32,000 bases of DNA from an uncultured Chloroflexia bacterium (GCA_963704755.1 OY969938.1:1380001-1412000); one strand, 5' to 3'; shown: positions 1-9,536, numbered from the stretch's first letter. The notes: generated by a model from the letters alone, not told the origin. Numbers and translations: made by a program.

Positions 1-543
1 CAAATTTTCCCGTATAGAAATTGAATTATTTTAGGGTGGAATAACACACTTAGCAATAACAACCCGATAATCAAGAGTATATACTGGGTGTTCTTTGTGA
101 AAAAAATCAGTATTCCGCTAATAAGAATTACCTGAACCCCAGTCCAAACAACCATCAATATTTCTATTCCACTTGCGAAACCTGAGGTTTTTACATCTAC
201 TCCGCTTCTCTTATATAATGCCATTCTCCCTACCACGTTCATATATGGCCCTGGAAGTCTTCTCCCTGCCAATGTACTCAAGTAAATAATGAGATGCGAG
301 TGGAATTCTCCAGGGATATTAAAAATCTTCGCAATAATTGCCCACAAAATGCCAGAATTGATAGTTACGATAATATATATAGGGATAGTTAGTAACAGAT
401 AAACCCAGTTGATTTCTTCTTTCGAAGATAATACATCCTTAAATCCATTCCATGCTTGAAAACAAATGTAAGCCATTATAAGAACGCTAATAGAAATTCC
501 TAGAATCTTTACGAATAGCGAATTCTTTATATTCTTAAGCATG
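1..543 (-). CDS. Partial CDS (N-terminal ~181 codons; the C-terminus lies beyond the window start). Polytopic membrane protein resembling the flippase-like / lysylphosphatidylglycerol-synthase-TM (UPF0104) family.
   Basis: It is absent from the ORF track because it runs off the edge. Hand translation of the reverse strand from the ATG (complement of 541-543) gives MLKNIKNSLFVKILGISISVLIMAYICFQAW...IIYLSTLAGRRLPGPYMNVVGRMALYKRSGVDVKTSGFASGIEILMVVWTGV... with no stop down to base 1. There are several hydrophobic helices and a GRxLPG..VGR..LYKRxGV motif. It begins a few nt after the stop of the upstream methyltransferase ORF, on the same strand and with the same AT-rich composition. Confidence 0.55.
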
Positions 544-549
544 AGATGC

Positions 550-876
550 TCACTTTTTTTGAAAAAACAAAGTCATGTATGAGCTTTTATTTAATTTTCC
601 CAATACATAATTTATCGGAAAAAGTACTATTCTGAAAAACATGGAATTTGTAAATCTTTCAAGAATTTTATAAAGAAAATTGTTGCTTTCCATATCAGAA
701 TAAATAAATTTAAGCGAAATAACTACTCCCCCAAAATTTCCGGTAAAGCTTTTAATGCCCTTATATTCAAAATCCTCTTTACGAATTAGTTTTCTGATAG
801 TAGAACGCGAGAAAAGAAAAAAGTGCCGGGGAACATCCCATCCTGCCCAATACTTGCCAAAAATTCTGGAGTCCAA
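550..876 (-). CDS. C-terminal fragment of a class I SAM-dependent methyltransferase. It belongs to the same gene as 920..1474, split by a frameshift.
   Basis: The ORF-track protein starts (TTG) DSRIFGKYWAGWDVPRHFF..., the conserved C-terminal block of this methyltransferase family. Reading the same frame upstream gives KPGGWLILNIPNPDSL, which continues directly from the end of ORF 920..1474. Confidence 0.7.
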   Translation of the reverse strand: MDSRIFGKYWAGWDVPRHFFLFSRSTIRKLIRKEDFEYKGIKSFTGNFGGVVISLKFIYSDMESNNFLYKILERFTNSMFFRIVLFPINYVLGKLNKSSYMTLFFQKK

Positions 877-919
877 AGAATCCGGATTAGGAATATTTAA
901 TATTAACCACCCGCCTGGT

Positions 920-1474
920 TTAAAGAATCCTTTTAGTTTCCGTTATAGAGGAGAGCGGATCTTTTAAATGCTCTAATACATCCCAATAAGTTACAACATC
1001 AAAAAAATTATCTTCAAAATTTGATTCCAATAAATCAACATTTCTTACACTTAATCCTAATGTCTCATTCGCGTACTTCGAAGCAATTTCGGAAGTTTCA
1101 ACTCCAAAAGCTTCCCATCCCTTTTCTTTAAATCTCCTGAGCAATAAACCAGTAGCACACCCAACATCAAGAATTCTTCCAGGAAAGCGCACCTTATCCA
1201 TGACCGCAAAATACTTTTTCGTTATAGCAAAGCTTTTATCAATCTTTTGAAATTTACTTTCGTCCGAGTTTATTTTTTGAAAAGCCAAATAGTTGTCTGG
1301 ATAATACAATTCCAGTTCTTTTCCATTTGGGCGCGTTTCAAGAAAATAAAGGCCACATTGTTGACACTGAACTAGCCGAAATTCTCCCCCTAGTTTATGC
1401 AACATATCTTGACCGCTAAATACTAAGGCGAAAGTAGCGCTTCCGCACAATATGCATTGGTTTACTTTCTCCAA
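920..1474 (-). CDS. N-terminal fragment of a class I SAM-dependent methyltransferase: Cys4 zinc-ribbon plus Rossmann motif I.
   Basis: The protein has CILCGS...CQQCG (zinc ribbon), then ILDVGCATG (SAM motif I) and DVVTYWDVLEHLKDP (motifs II/III). It ends ...ETKRIL* exactly where family members continue with KPGG. Confidence 0.8.
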   Translation of the reverse strand: MEKVNQCILCGSATFALVFSGQDMLHKLGGEFRLVQCQQCGLYFLETRPNGKELELYYPDNYLAFQKINSDESKFQKIDKSFAITKKYFAVMDKVRFPGRILDVGCATGLLLRRFKEKGWEAFGVETSEIASKYANETLGLSVRNVDLLESNFEDNFFDVVTYWDVLEHLKDPLSSITETKRIL

Positions 1475-1485
1475 AGAATTACCTT

Positions 1486-2655
1486 TTAATCCTTAATAAG
1501 ATGATCATAAAATACTTCTAACTCATTGGCTCTTTTTTCCCAATTATACTGGGTCTCTGCTATATACCTGGCATTTCCACCCATAATTTTGCGTAATCCC
1601 TCATTGCTTAAGAGAGCAAGGATATTCCTTGCATGCTCGCGAAAATCCGGTTCACATAATATGCCAATATTCTCGTGAGAAAAAACTAATGATATATCTC
1701 CCACATCTGAACTTATGATTGGCTTTCCAATAGCCAAATAATCTGTCAATTTTAAAGGAAGCCTTCCTTGGTTTGCTATAGAGTTTGTTAATGGCAACCA
1801 TAAAATATCACACGCATTAAGGAGATAATTTACTCGACCAATTGGAAGAGCGCCTGTCATTATTACAAATTCCGAATTTGCAATTAATTTTTTTATATCA
1901 AACGGGAAATATCCAATTATAAGAAACAGGATTTTAGGGTTTGTTTTATGCACCTCGTTAATTGTATCGATCATTAGGAGAGCATCTTTGTAAAAGATTG
2001 TTCCTAAATAACCCACAATATGATTAAATGAATTAAGATGCTCGTTTTTTCTGGCTTGATCTATCGGAACCGGATAAAAATTTTCTAAATCTGAGCCATT
2101 AACAATTCTTTTTATTCGCATCTGATCCACACCTAAAGCAATAGCTCTTTCGTATAAACAATTGCAAATTACTGTAGTCCCTTCAGGAATAAGACGAAAT
2201 TTATTTTCAAAGAATGTTTCAATAGGCCTTAATAATAATTTCACTAACGGATTAACTCGTTCTTCGATTGACCCACCTTTACCAAGCCAATCTGCCCAAT
2301 CCAGAAAAATGTGTTTTATCCGTTTTCTAGCCCAAAGTATCGGAATAATGACTGTAGGTCGGGTGTCAAATCCATGAATTAAGTCAAACTTTTTCCCACG
2401 CATCCATAGTATTCTGCGAACAACATTATATAAATCCCAGCCTGATCTCAACGAACCAAAAAGTAAATCGGGCATAAGGACTATCTGAACATTATCAATT
2501 CTTTTCTCTTCTAGAGATATTTTGTTTTTCTCTGAAGTAGCAATTAAATAAACCTCGTGCCCTTTTCGGGCTAAAGATTTTGAAAAATTAAACGCACGCC
2601 AATAAGACCCTTTATAGACCTTGTTATAACAGACCATCAAAATTTTCATAATCAC
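1486..2655 (-). CDS. Glycosyltransferase family 4 (GT-B fold, 389 aa).
   Basis: The N-terminus MKILMVCYN...KGHEVYLIA is typical of a GT4 N-domain. Size and a C-terminal E..G....E-type region fit the family. Its start overlaps the stop of the upstream GT2 by 4 nt (2652-2655). Confidence 0.75.
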   Translation of the reverse strand: MIMKILMVCYNKVYKGSYWRAFNFSKSLARKGHEVYLIATSEKNKISLEEKRIDNVQIVLMPDLLFGSLRSGWDLYNVVRRILWMRGKKFDLIHGFDTRPTVIIPILWARKRIKHIFLDWADWLGKGGSIEERVNPLVKLLLRPIETFFENKFRLIPEGTTVICNCLYERAIALGVDQMRIKRIVNGSDLENFYPVPIDQARKNEHLNSFNHIVGYLGTIFYKDALLMIDTINEVHKTNPKILFLIIGYFPFDIKKLIANSEFVIMTGALPIGRVNYLLNACDILWLPLTNSIANQGRLPLKLTDYLAIGKPIISSDVGDISLVFSHENIGILCEPDFREHARNILALLSNEGLRKIMGGNARYIAETQYNWEKRANELEVFYDHLIKD

Positions 2656-3398
2656 TCTTTAAAAAATATTCCATCCTTCAATCCACGCCAATAAGCTTTA
2701 AAGGATAATATCCGGTTTCTAAATAAAAGACGATAACTCGTTTTTAATGCACTGCAAAATCTCCAGAAAAAGATTATTGGAATTTGAAATTTCTTTGCAT
2801 ATCGCTTAAAAAAAACAACGCTGGACCGCGCCATCCAATAACGTTCGTTTTCAGAATCCGATCCATCGCTAGAAACACTTACTTTATGCCAAATTATTGC
2901 CTTAGGAACTAAATATTGGGGTATTTCAGCTTTATTAAGCCTCATACCAAAGTCACGGTCTTCATAATATAAAAAAAAATGCTCATCAAATAGGCCAATA
3001 CTACCAAAGACTTCTTTAGGAATTAGGAGGGCACAGGCGGTAAGAAAATCTCGTTTAATTATAGTTTCATTCATAAATACCTTTTTTGAGCTCTTTTTTA
3101 CTTCAAGTGTGATTTTATTTAAATCCCCGCCCATTGACCAGATTTTCTCTTTTTTATCGAAGTAACAAATTTCTGGTCCAGTTATGCAGCGGCAATTTTT
3201 TAAAGGCAGGAATAAATTAATTAGCATATCAGGATCACAAACAGTATCATTATTTATAATAAATATAAATTCTGCCCCACAATTTATACAATACTTTATT
3301 CCAATATTAAATCCTCCAGCGAAACCCAAATTTTTCTCAAGCGCAATAATTTCTATATCAGGATGTTTGGCAACTATTTTTTTAATTGAAGTATCCAT
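2652..3398 (-). CDS. Glycosyltransferase family 2, main fragment. The N-terminal ~45 residues lie upstream in another frame.
   Basis: Motifs seen: LEKNLGFAGGFNIG, FIINNDT (DxD region) and YYEDRDFGMR (ED motif). Reading this frame upstream of the annotated Met gives ISFSKIVVVDNGS, the first GT2 acidic motif. Confidence 0.8.
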   Translation of the reverse strand: MDTSIKKIVAKHPDIEIIALEKNLGFAGGFNIGIKYCINCGAEFIFIINNDTVCDPDMLINLFLPLKNCRCITGPEICYFDKKEKIWSMGGDLNKITLEVKKSSKKVFMNETIIKRDFLTACALLIPKEVFGSIGLFDEHFFLYYEDRDFGMRLNKAEIPQYLVPKAIIWHKVSVSSDGSDSENERYWMARSSVVFFKRYAKKFQIPIIFFWRFCSALKTSYRLLFRNRILSFKAYWRGLKDGIFFKE

Positions 3399-3438
3399 TG
3401 AACCATTGTCGACTACTACAATTTTGGAAAATGAAATT

Positions 3439-3543
3439 TCATTTTGACACTTTTAATGAAGAAATACAATCAATGGTATCATCTGGCTTTTTCCAATTTA
3501 CAGTTACTGCAAAAATATTGGGATTACTGGCTAAAACATTCAT
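3439..3543 (-). pseudogene. Detached N-terminal fragment (34 codons) of the GT2 gene at 2652..3398.
   Basis: Hand translation gives MNVLASNPNIFAVTVNWKKPDDTIDCISSLKVSK*, the canonical GT2 start (V.V.NW.....T..CL.SL). Dropping one base from the TTTT run at 3442-3445 fuses it in frame to NEISFSKIVVVDNGS of the downstream ORF. Confidence 0.6.
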
Positions 3544-3721
3544 AAATGTGGGACTATTCCTTTCTTTTATATTAAAATAATAGAAAGCTATAATTACAAA
3601 GAAGCTACGGATCTATATTTCACCAAAATATTTTCCAAAATATAAAATCAATGATGTTGCCTAATCGTATTCAACTTTGAGGTAGAAAAAGTTAAAGCCG
3701 TTTTTAAATTACTTTCCCCCC

Positions 3722-4651
3722 TTACCCCTTCCTCATCCGATACAAAATCTCCTCCAGCAGTTTCCTGTTAAACCCGATCAAATCGGCTACCAGGCCGATG
3801 AGCCAGGTCTGGAATCCCACGATCAGCACCACGGCGGAGATGATCAGCGATTGGATGTGCCCGTTGCCGGCTCCTACGGCGAAGTAGATCAGGAAACGCA
3901 GCACGCCAAGGACTCCCAAAAGCACCAGCCCGGCGCCGATCATGACGAACAAGCGCAGCGGCCGGTATAGGGTATAGGCGCGGATAATCGTAACGGTGGA
4001 ATGGGTCAGGTAGTCCCACATGCCGCGCATCAGGCGGGAAGGCCGTGAGGGCGGATTGGTGCTCACCGGCACGAATTTGACCTGGGTACGTTGGTCGCCG
4101 GCCTGGATCAGTGTCTCCAGGGTATAAGAATAATGGCTCAGCACCACCGTCCGCAAGGCCACTTCCCGGGTCAGGGCGCGGAAGCCGCTGGTTGCGTCCG
4201 GGATTTCGAAGCCGGCTGCCTGTGTGACTACCCGGCTGCCCAGGGTTTGCAGACGCCGTTTGAACGGCGAAAATTCCTTGAGAGTCGCCACACCCCGGTC
4301 GCCAATGACCAGCTCGGCCTCGCCGTGCAGGATCGGCCCGACCAATTTATAGATATCCTCGGCAGAATACTGATTATCCGCGTCGGTATTGACGATGATG
4401 TCCGCACCCAGGCGGGTGCAGGCGTCCAGGCCGGCGGCATAAGCGCTCGCCAAGCCGGAATGGTGCGGCAGGTTGACCACGTGGTCGACCCCACATTCCC
4501 AGGCAACATCCACCGTTTTATCCTGGCTGCCATCATTAATTACCAAAATTTCCACCCGGTCCAACCCGGGCAGGCGCCGTGGGATCTGTTTGACGGTTCC
4601 CGATAAGGTTTCGGCCTCGTTATAACAAGGAATCTGAACGATGAGCTTCAT
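3722..4651 (-). CDS. Glycosyltransferase family 2 with C-terminal transmembrane helices (polyprenyl-phosphate sugar transferase-like, 309 aa).
   Basis: Motifs seen: [25 protein letters not shown] and TDADNQY (DxD). There are two hydrophobic helices at the C-terminus. The gene is GC-rich, unlike the genes to its left. Confidence 0.85.
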   Translation of the reverse strand: MKLIVQIPCYNEAETLSGTVKQIPRRLPGLDRVEILVINDGSQDKTVDVAWECGVDHVVNLPHHSGLASAYAAGLDACTRLGADIIVNTDADNQYSAEDIYKLVGPILHGEAELVIGDRGVATLKEFSPFKRRLQTLGSRVVTQAAGFEIPDATSGFRALTREVALRTVVLSHYSYTLETLIQAGDQRTQVKFVPVSTNPPSRPSRLMRGMWDYLTHSTVTIIRAYTLYRPLRLFVMIGAGLVLLGVLGVLRFLIYFAVGAGNGHIQSLIISAVVLIVGFQTWLIGLVADLIGFNRKLLEEILYRMRKG

Positions 4652-4932
4652 AGAGGTTAATTCCCACCTGGTGGGGTTAAGAAAAAATGAAAAACCCGCT
4701 TGGAGTGAAGTCGGTACGGTTCATGCAATCGAATAATGTAAGTATACCATCTCCGTAAAAAGAATAGCCAGGCGAGTAGGAAAAGCCTGATCAGGATTGG
4801 GCTGCACAGTTGCCTTATTTTCAACCTGAAGAGTCGCTTTCCGTAGAAAGTGGAGCTTTTTTGTGGTCTCACAAACCCTCTCGCCCAGAAATCACGGTAT
4901 ACTAATACCAATTGTGATCGTTGGATGAGGAT

Positions 4933-6072
4933 ATGATGAAAAAGATACCCCAGCTTCTGATCGGATTGTGCCTTATTGTTGCACTCGCTGCCTGCGCTCA
5001 ACCAACGCCAACGGCTCAACCGACCGCATTACCCAGCCCCAAGGTTGAATTCACGAACACCTCTGTACCCACCGTAATGCCGCCTACGACAGTCCCCACC
5101 CATGCCCCCACCCTGGCGCCGACCGCTCCACAACCCACCCAAGAAGTCCAGGCGGGCGGAACGCCGGCCATCACCGACCAAAAGGGACTGTACCAGGTAA
5201 CCCGCCAGATTTCGCTGCCCGGTTCTCGCCGGATTGTGTGGGCCAGCGACGGTAAATCCCTGGCCGTCCTTTCGGATAACCAGGTGACCCTTCTGGATGC
5301 GCAAACCTTGACGGTTTTGGCCACCAGTACCGTGCCCAACATTATTCTGGACTTTTCTTCAGACGGTAAAACTTTGCTGACCACTACCGATCAGCAGAAC
5401 GTGACCCTGCTGGATGTGACCACCGGTCAGCAACATTCTTACAACACCGGTTCGGTATTTAACGGGGCGTCTTTCTCCCCCAACGGCAGCTTATTCGTCA
5501 CAGCGGCAATGGATAACTGGAAAGGCAGCATTTTCGATTCGTCTACCGGCGTGCTCGACAAAGAGCTGACCGGCTTCGAGACCGCCGCACCCGTGTACAG
5601 CGTCCAGTTTGCCGCCAACGCCGTGGACCTGGTCTGGCTGGCCCGTGGGACGGTCCAATTGCAGGATATTGCCAGCGGACAATTGGCGGCCTCCATCGGC
5701 CATGAAGATTTTGTCAATACCCTGGCAACCGCCCATAATCAGCGCTTACTGGTTACCTCAGCCGCCGGTACCATTGGCGAAGATTTCGTCCCGGCCCTTT
5801 TCGTCTGGGACCCCGATACTGGCGAAAAGCTGCTGGCCATGCAAGTCAGCGCCCCGGTCTATTCGCTGGATTTCTCGACCGACGACAGCCTGCTGGCTGC
5901 CGGTAACAGCGATGGAGTGACCATCTACACCACCAGCGATATGAATCAGGAAACCATTTTGCCCGTCCAGGCCAGCGGCGTAGCCGACGCACGCTTTTCT
6001 CCGGTAGACCACAGCCTGGCCAGCCTGGATGGCAATGGCACACTCTCTATTTGGGAACCGGTAACCCCCTGA
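4933..6072 (+). CDS. Secreted lipoprotein with a Pro/Thr-rich linker and WD40-like beta-propeller repeats.
   Basis: The track ORF 4921..6072 begins at a TTG; ATG codons at 4933/4936 follow a GAGGA-like motif. The signal peptide plus lipobox is MMKKIPQLLIGLCLIVALAAC. Repeated motifs of the type SxDGxxL...LxD are present, e.g. FSSDGKTLL, FSPNGSLF, DFSTDDSLLAAGNSDGVTIY, GNGTLSIWEP. Confidence 0.75.
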   Translation: MMKKIPQLLIGLCLIVALAACAQPTPTAQPTALPSPKVEFTNTSVPTVMPPTTVPTHAPTLAPTAPQPTQEVQAGGTPAITDQKGLYQVTRQISLPGSRRIVWASDGKSLAVLSDNQVTLLDAQTLTVLATSTVPNIILDFSSDGKTLLTTTDQQNVTLLDVTTGQQHSYNTGSVFNGASFSPNGSLFVTAAMDNWKGSIFDSSTGVLDKELTGFETAAPVYSVQFAANAVDLVWLARGTVQLQDIASGQLAASIGHEDFVNTLATAHNQRLLVTSAAGTIGEDFVPALFVWDPDTGEKLLAMQVSAPVYSLDFSTDDSLLAAGNSDGVTIYTTSDMNQETILPVQASGVADARFSPVDHSLASLDGNGTLSIWEPVTP

Positions 6073-6797
6073 TGACTACACCAACCTTCACTGACACACA
6101 GATTATGCACTTCGACCCGGCTGAGCTCGGTCTGGATGTGGATTGGGTCCTGCAAGGCCAGGGCATCGACCCTCAAACCGCGCGTTCACACCATCCGCGC
6201 CTGGTAGATCTGGCCGAGCGCGCCTTCGCCGACGGCTTACCCATGCTGCAACCGGTGGCGGCCGTACGTACTTTCGAAGTGTCCGGTTGGACACATAACA
6301 AGGTCAACTTGCAGCCGCAGGGCAGCCTATCCGGTGACGCCATCCGCCAGCACCTGATCAAAGCCAACCAGATCGCCGTCCTGGTCTATTCCATAGGTGG
6401 AGAAGTGGAGCAGCGCGTCTCTGCCGAGATGAGCCGAAATGGCGCTTATGCCATCGCCCTGGACGGGCTGGCCAACGCAGCCGTGGACGCCCTGGGCGGG
6501 GTAATCTACCACCGGCTCGAATCGATCGCCAGACAGTCGGACTGGAACCTTTCTATCTTCCTTAGCCCTGGAATGGCGGGCTGGAGCGTGGAAGAGGGCC
6601 AGCCACAGGTCGTCCGCTTGCTCGATCCGGCCCTGATTGGGCTCAAAATTACACCCGCCTGGATGATTGCGCCCCAAAAATCCTCTTCGGCCGTGCTGGG
6701 CATGGGCAAAATGCTGGAAACGGGCAGCACCTTACCCTGTGACTATTGCACCCTGCAAGGCACCTGCCATTACCATGGACGCATGCACGACGGATAA
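6072..6797 (+). CDS. Protein resembling the vitamin-B12-dependent methionine synthase activation (AdoMet-binding) domain, with a C-terminal Cys cluster.
   Basis: The track ORF 6051..6797 starts at a TTG. An in-frame ATG at 6072 overlaps the upstream stop (TGATG). The block AIALDGLANAAVDALG...FLSPGMAGWSVEEGQPQV..LLD...IGLKITPAWMIAPQKSSSAVLGMG looks like the SPGYG.W...Q / M.P.KS motif of that domain. The tail is CDYCTLQGTCHYH. Confidence 0.5.
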   Translation: MTTPTFTDTQIMHFDPAELGLDVDWVLQGQGIDPQTARSHHPRLVDLAERAFADGLPMLQPVAAVRTFEVSGWTHNKVNLQPQGSLSGDAIRQHLIKANQIAVLVYSIGGEVEQRVSAEMSRNGAYAIALDGLANAAVDALGGVIYHRLESIARQSDWNLSIFLSPGMAGWSVEEGQPQVVRLLDPALIGLKITPAWMIAPQKSSSAVLGMGKMLETGSTLPCDYCTLQGTCHYHGRMHDG

Positions 6798-7029
6798 TTT
6801 GTAATTACTCAGCCACTTAGAGGATGAGGGTGTTTTTATTATTTTTTGATGGGGTAAAGCCCAGAGCAATCGCATCATGCCAAATTGGCCCTAGCAGGCA
6901 TACTGCAATCGCTCCGAGGTAAAGCCCATATTTGAGGTGTTGCCGCCCGGGATATAATTAGATGGGTAGCGGGGAGGATCCATCCCGAGACACTCCCCGG
7001 TAAGAATTCATACCCATAGCGAGGTTCTC

Positions 7030-7452
7030 ATGCGACCTTCCTGGGATTCATATTTTATGAAAATAGCCCAAGATGTGGCCCTGCGCAGTACCTGTGACCG
7101 GGCCATGGTGGGTTCAGTCCTGGTCCGCGAAAAACATATCATCTCAACCGGCTATAACGGCTCACCGGCCGGGCTGGATCACTGTGAGGATGTGGGCCAT
7201 CTGATGGTGGACGGGCATTGCGTGCGTACCGTCCATGCCGAGGTCAATGCGATCGTTCAAGCGGCTGTGTTTGGGCTGACTACCCGCGACGCCACATTTT
7301 ACGTCACGCATTTCCCCTGCTTGAACTGCACCAAGACCTTGATCAACGCCCGGATTGCCCGCCTGGTTTATCAAGAGGCTTACCACGTCGATCTGATCGC
7401 CATGGAGTTCTTGCAGAAAGCCGGCATCGATATTGTCCAATTGCAAAAGTAA
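7030..7452 (+). CDS. Deoxycytidylate (dCMP) deaminase / ComEB-type cytidine-deoxycytidylate deaminase.
   Basis: The zinc-binding signatures HAEVNAI and PCLNCTK are present. At 140 aa the size fits, and a GAGG lies upstream of the ATG. Confidence 0.9.
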   Translation: MRPSWDSYFMKIAQDVALRSTCDRAMVGSVLVREKHIISTGYNGSPAGLDHCEDVGHLMVDGHCVRTVHAEVNAIVQAAVFGLTTRDATFYVTHFPCLNCTKTLINARIARLVYQEAYHVDLIAMEFLQKAGIDIVQLQK

Positions 7453-7531
7453 AGGTGACTGCCCAGGCAGGGCCAGAAGAGAAGGGTGAGTAGTTGCAAG
7501 TAAATTCGAATAAGGGAGCGGAGCTGCATCA

Positions 7532-8581
7532 ATGAACATCGAAGGCACTTCTCTGTACCAAGAGATCCACGAACAACCGCAAGTGGTGAGCAACCTGATT
7601 GCCAATGGCCTGCGGCCGATCCAGGAATTGGCTGATCGCATTCGCAAAGACGATATTCACCAGGTGGTCATTGCCGCGCGCGGCACCAGCGACAACGCCG
7701 GGCGGTATGCCCAATACCTGCTCGGGCTGGAAAACCAGATCCTGGTCAGCCTGACCACTCCCAGCCTGTTTTCGATCTATCACCAGCCGCCCAACCTCAA
7801 GGGGACCCTGGTCCTGGGCATCAGCCAGAGCGGGAAAAGCCCCGACCTGGTCAGCGTCCTGGAGGAAGCCCGCCGCCAGGGGGTCGCGACCGCCGCCATC
7901 ACCAACTTCCCCGATTCCGACCTGGCCGAGACAGCCGATCACATCATCCCGTTGATGGCCGGCCAGGAATTTTCCCTGGCTGCCACCAAAACCTATACCG
8001 CCGAATTGACCGTGCTGGCTGCCTTGAGCGCCATACTCAGCCGGGATAAAGGCCGCCTGGACGAACTTGCGCAGGTCCCCGAGGCCATTTCAGCCGTCCT
8101 GCAACGCGAGGGTGAAATCGAGCGCATTGCCGAACGCTACCGGTATATGCAGCGCTGCGTAACCATCGGACGTGGCTTGAACTATGCCACCGCCTTCGAA
8201 CTCTCGCTCAAATTGAAAGAGCTGACCTATACTACCGCCGAGCCGTACTCCAGCGCGGACTTCTTACACGGCCCTATGGCCGTCATCGAGCGCGGTTTCC
8301 CCGTGATCGTCGTCGCCCCCACCAGTGTATTGTTGCCTGAATTGGAAGAATTTATCCAGCAGCTCAATGAACGCAGCGCCGAGGTTGTGGTCATCAGCGA
8401 TAATCCAGAGATCATCGCCCAAAGCACCATAGCCTTGCCATTGCCCAAACGCCTGCCGGAACACATCTCTCCTATCGCCGCCATCGTACCGGCTCAGATC
8501 TTTGCCATGCACCTGGCCTTCACCCGCGGTATCGACGTGGATCACCCGCGTGGCCTGCACAAGGTAACCGAAACGCTCTAG
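7532..8581 (+). CDS. Double SIS-domain phosphosugar isomerase/deaminase (GlmS isomerase-domain-only, AgaS/FrlB-like).
   Basis: Motifs seen: [18 protein letters not shown] and [10 protein letters not shown] (SIS P-loop-like motif), with a second SIS half ([22 protein letters not shown]). No amidotransferase domain. An RBS (GGGAGCGGAG) lies upstream. Confidence 0.75.
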   Translation: MNIEGTSLYQEIHEQPQVVSNLIANGLRPIQELADRIRKDDIHQVVIAARGTSDNAGRYAQYLLGLENQILVSLTTPSLFSIYHQPPNLKGTLVLGISQSGKSPDLVSVLEEARRQGVATAAITNFPDSDLAETADHIIPLMAGQEFSLAATKTYTAELTVLAALSAILSRDKGRLDELAQVPEAISAVLQREGEIERIAERYRYMQRCVTIGRGLNYATAFELSLKLKELTYTTAEPYSSADFLHGPMAVIERGFPVIVVAPTSVLLPELEEFIQQLNERSAEVVVISDNPEIIAQSTIALPLPKRLPEHISPIAAIVPAQIFAMHLAFTRGIDVDHPRGLHKVTETL

Positions 8582-8639
8582 CCGGTGTGCCAATTTCATT
8601 GGCAAGTGTGCTGGAGCATCATATTGAATGTGAGGAAAA

Positions 8640-9146
8640 ATGCCCGTCCCATTGGTCAACCAATTGATGTTTGCCCGCAGTGAATTTGCCCGCAGCCTGG
8701 ACGGAGTTTCTGCCACGGACGCTGTGTCTCGGCTGGAACCGTTCAACTGCCTGAGCTGGATCCTTGGCCACCTGGCCTCTCAGGAACAGACTTACTGGGT
8801 ACTGATCGCCCAGGGAAAATCGCTTTACCCCGACCTGCACCGCATCGTCGGCACCGGATCGCCCGCCAGCACACCCCCGTTCGAGGAAATGTGGACCACC
8901 TGGCGCGAAGTCACTGCCGCGGCCAACACGTTCCTGCAGGCCCTGACCCTGGCCGACCTGACCCGCCACATGGAGTGGAAAGGCCAGCCCCGCCCTGAAA
9001 GCATCGGCACCATGCTGGAACGTAACCTCTATCACTATTGGATCCACCTGGGTGAGATTTTAACCATCCGTTCGGCAATGGGACATCAAAATATTCCCAA
9101 CTTTATCGGCGACATGACCGCGGCCGCCTACACGCCTGAAAATTAA
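8640..9146 (+). CDS. DinB-family (DinB_2) four-helix-bundle metalloprotein.
   Basis: Characteristic His positions are seen (ILGHLASQEQ, NLYHYWIHLGEI). At 168 aa the size fits, and GAGGA lies upstream. Confidence 0.65.
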   Translation: MPVPLVNQLMFARSEFARSLDGVSATDAVSRLEPFNCLSWILGHLASQEQTYWVLIAQGKSLYPDLHRIVGTGSPASTPPFEEMWTTWREVTAAANTFLQALTLADLTRHMEWKGQPRPESIGTMLERNLYHYWIHLGEILTIRSAMGHQNIPNFIGDMTAAAYTPEN

Positions 9147-9188
9147 TCCGCCGGCGGTAACCGTTCAGTCTACCGAGTAAGAACCCCC

Positions 9189-9237
9189 GATTTGAGGCAT
9201 TTGCGGTCGGAGTCTTTGACCGCAAATGCCTCAAATC
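9189..9237. repeat. Perfect 20-bp-stem hairpin, family 1 (GATTTGAGG-TTTGCGG type). Probable terminator of the DinB gene.
   Basis: The arm gatttgaggcatttgcggtc (9189-9208) is the exact reverse complement of 9218-9237, with a 9-nt loop. Related copies lie at 25187 and 27903. Confidence 0.8.
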
Positions 9238-9501
9238 AGGGAGCTTTTTAAGTAAACCCGTAATCCGATTGACTGGTCTCCAGGCCAAATCATAAATCCC
9301 CCCAACCCACTTAGCAAGGGGGCAAGGACCAGCGAGCTATTCCCCCCTTGGAGGTCGTGAAGCATTCAGAATACGCGCATGAATTCTTGAAAACCTGCTA
9401 TCGTATGGCGCCGAATATAGGCCGGGAGGTTCTTCACAGCCTCAACAAGGGGGGCAAAGGGGGGATTCTTTCTGCTTGCGAAGTAAAATATATTTTCCAT
9501 A

Positions 9502-9530
9502 TTGACAAATCCCGTCAGATTACCTACAAT
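9502..9530 (+). promoter_or_regulatory. Consensus sigma-70-type promoter of the lysine (AAA) operon leader.
   Basis: TTGACA at 9502-9507, an exact 17-nt spacer, then TACAAT at 9525-9530. The ATG of the first leader ORF (9537) is 7 nt downstream of the -10 box. Confidence 0.65.
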
Positions 9531-9536
9531 AGGCCC

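Noticed and set aside
541-560. Junction between the methyltransferase stop and the flippase-like gene start. By my hand count the T-run and stop position differ by one base from the ORF track.
   Set aside because: I deferred to the computed ORF track (stop at 550-552), since hand counting of homopolymers is error-prone. Consequently the coordinates of the partial CDS 1..543 carry an uncertainty of about 1 nt.
4657-5019. 120-aa minus-strand ORF in the divergent intergenic region.
   Set aside because: It overlaps the start and signal peptide of the lipoprotein gene. It spans an AT-richer promoter region, has odd composition and shows no motifs.
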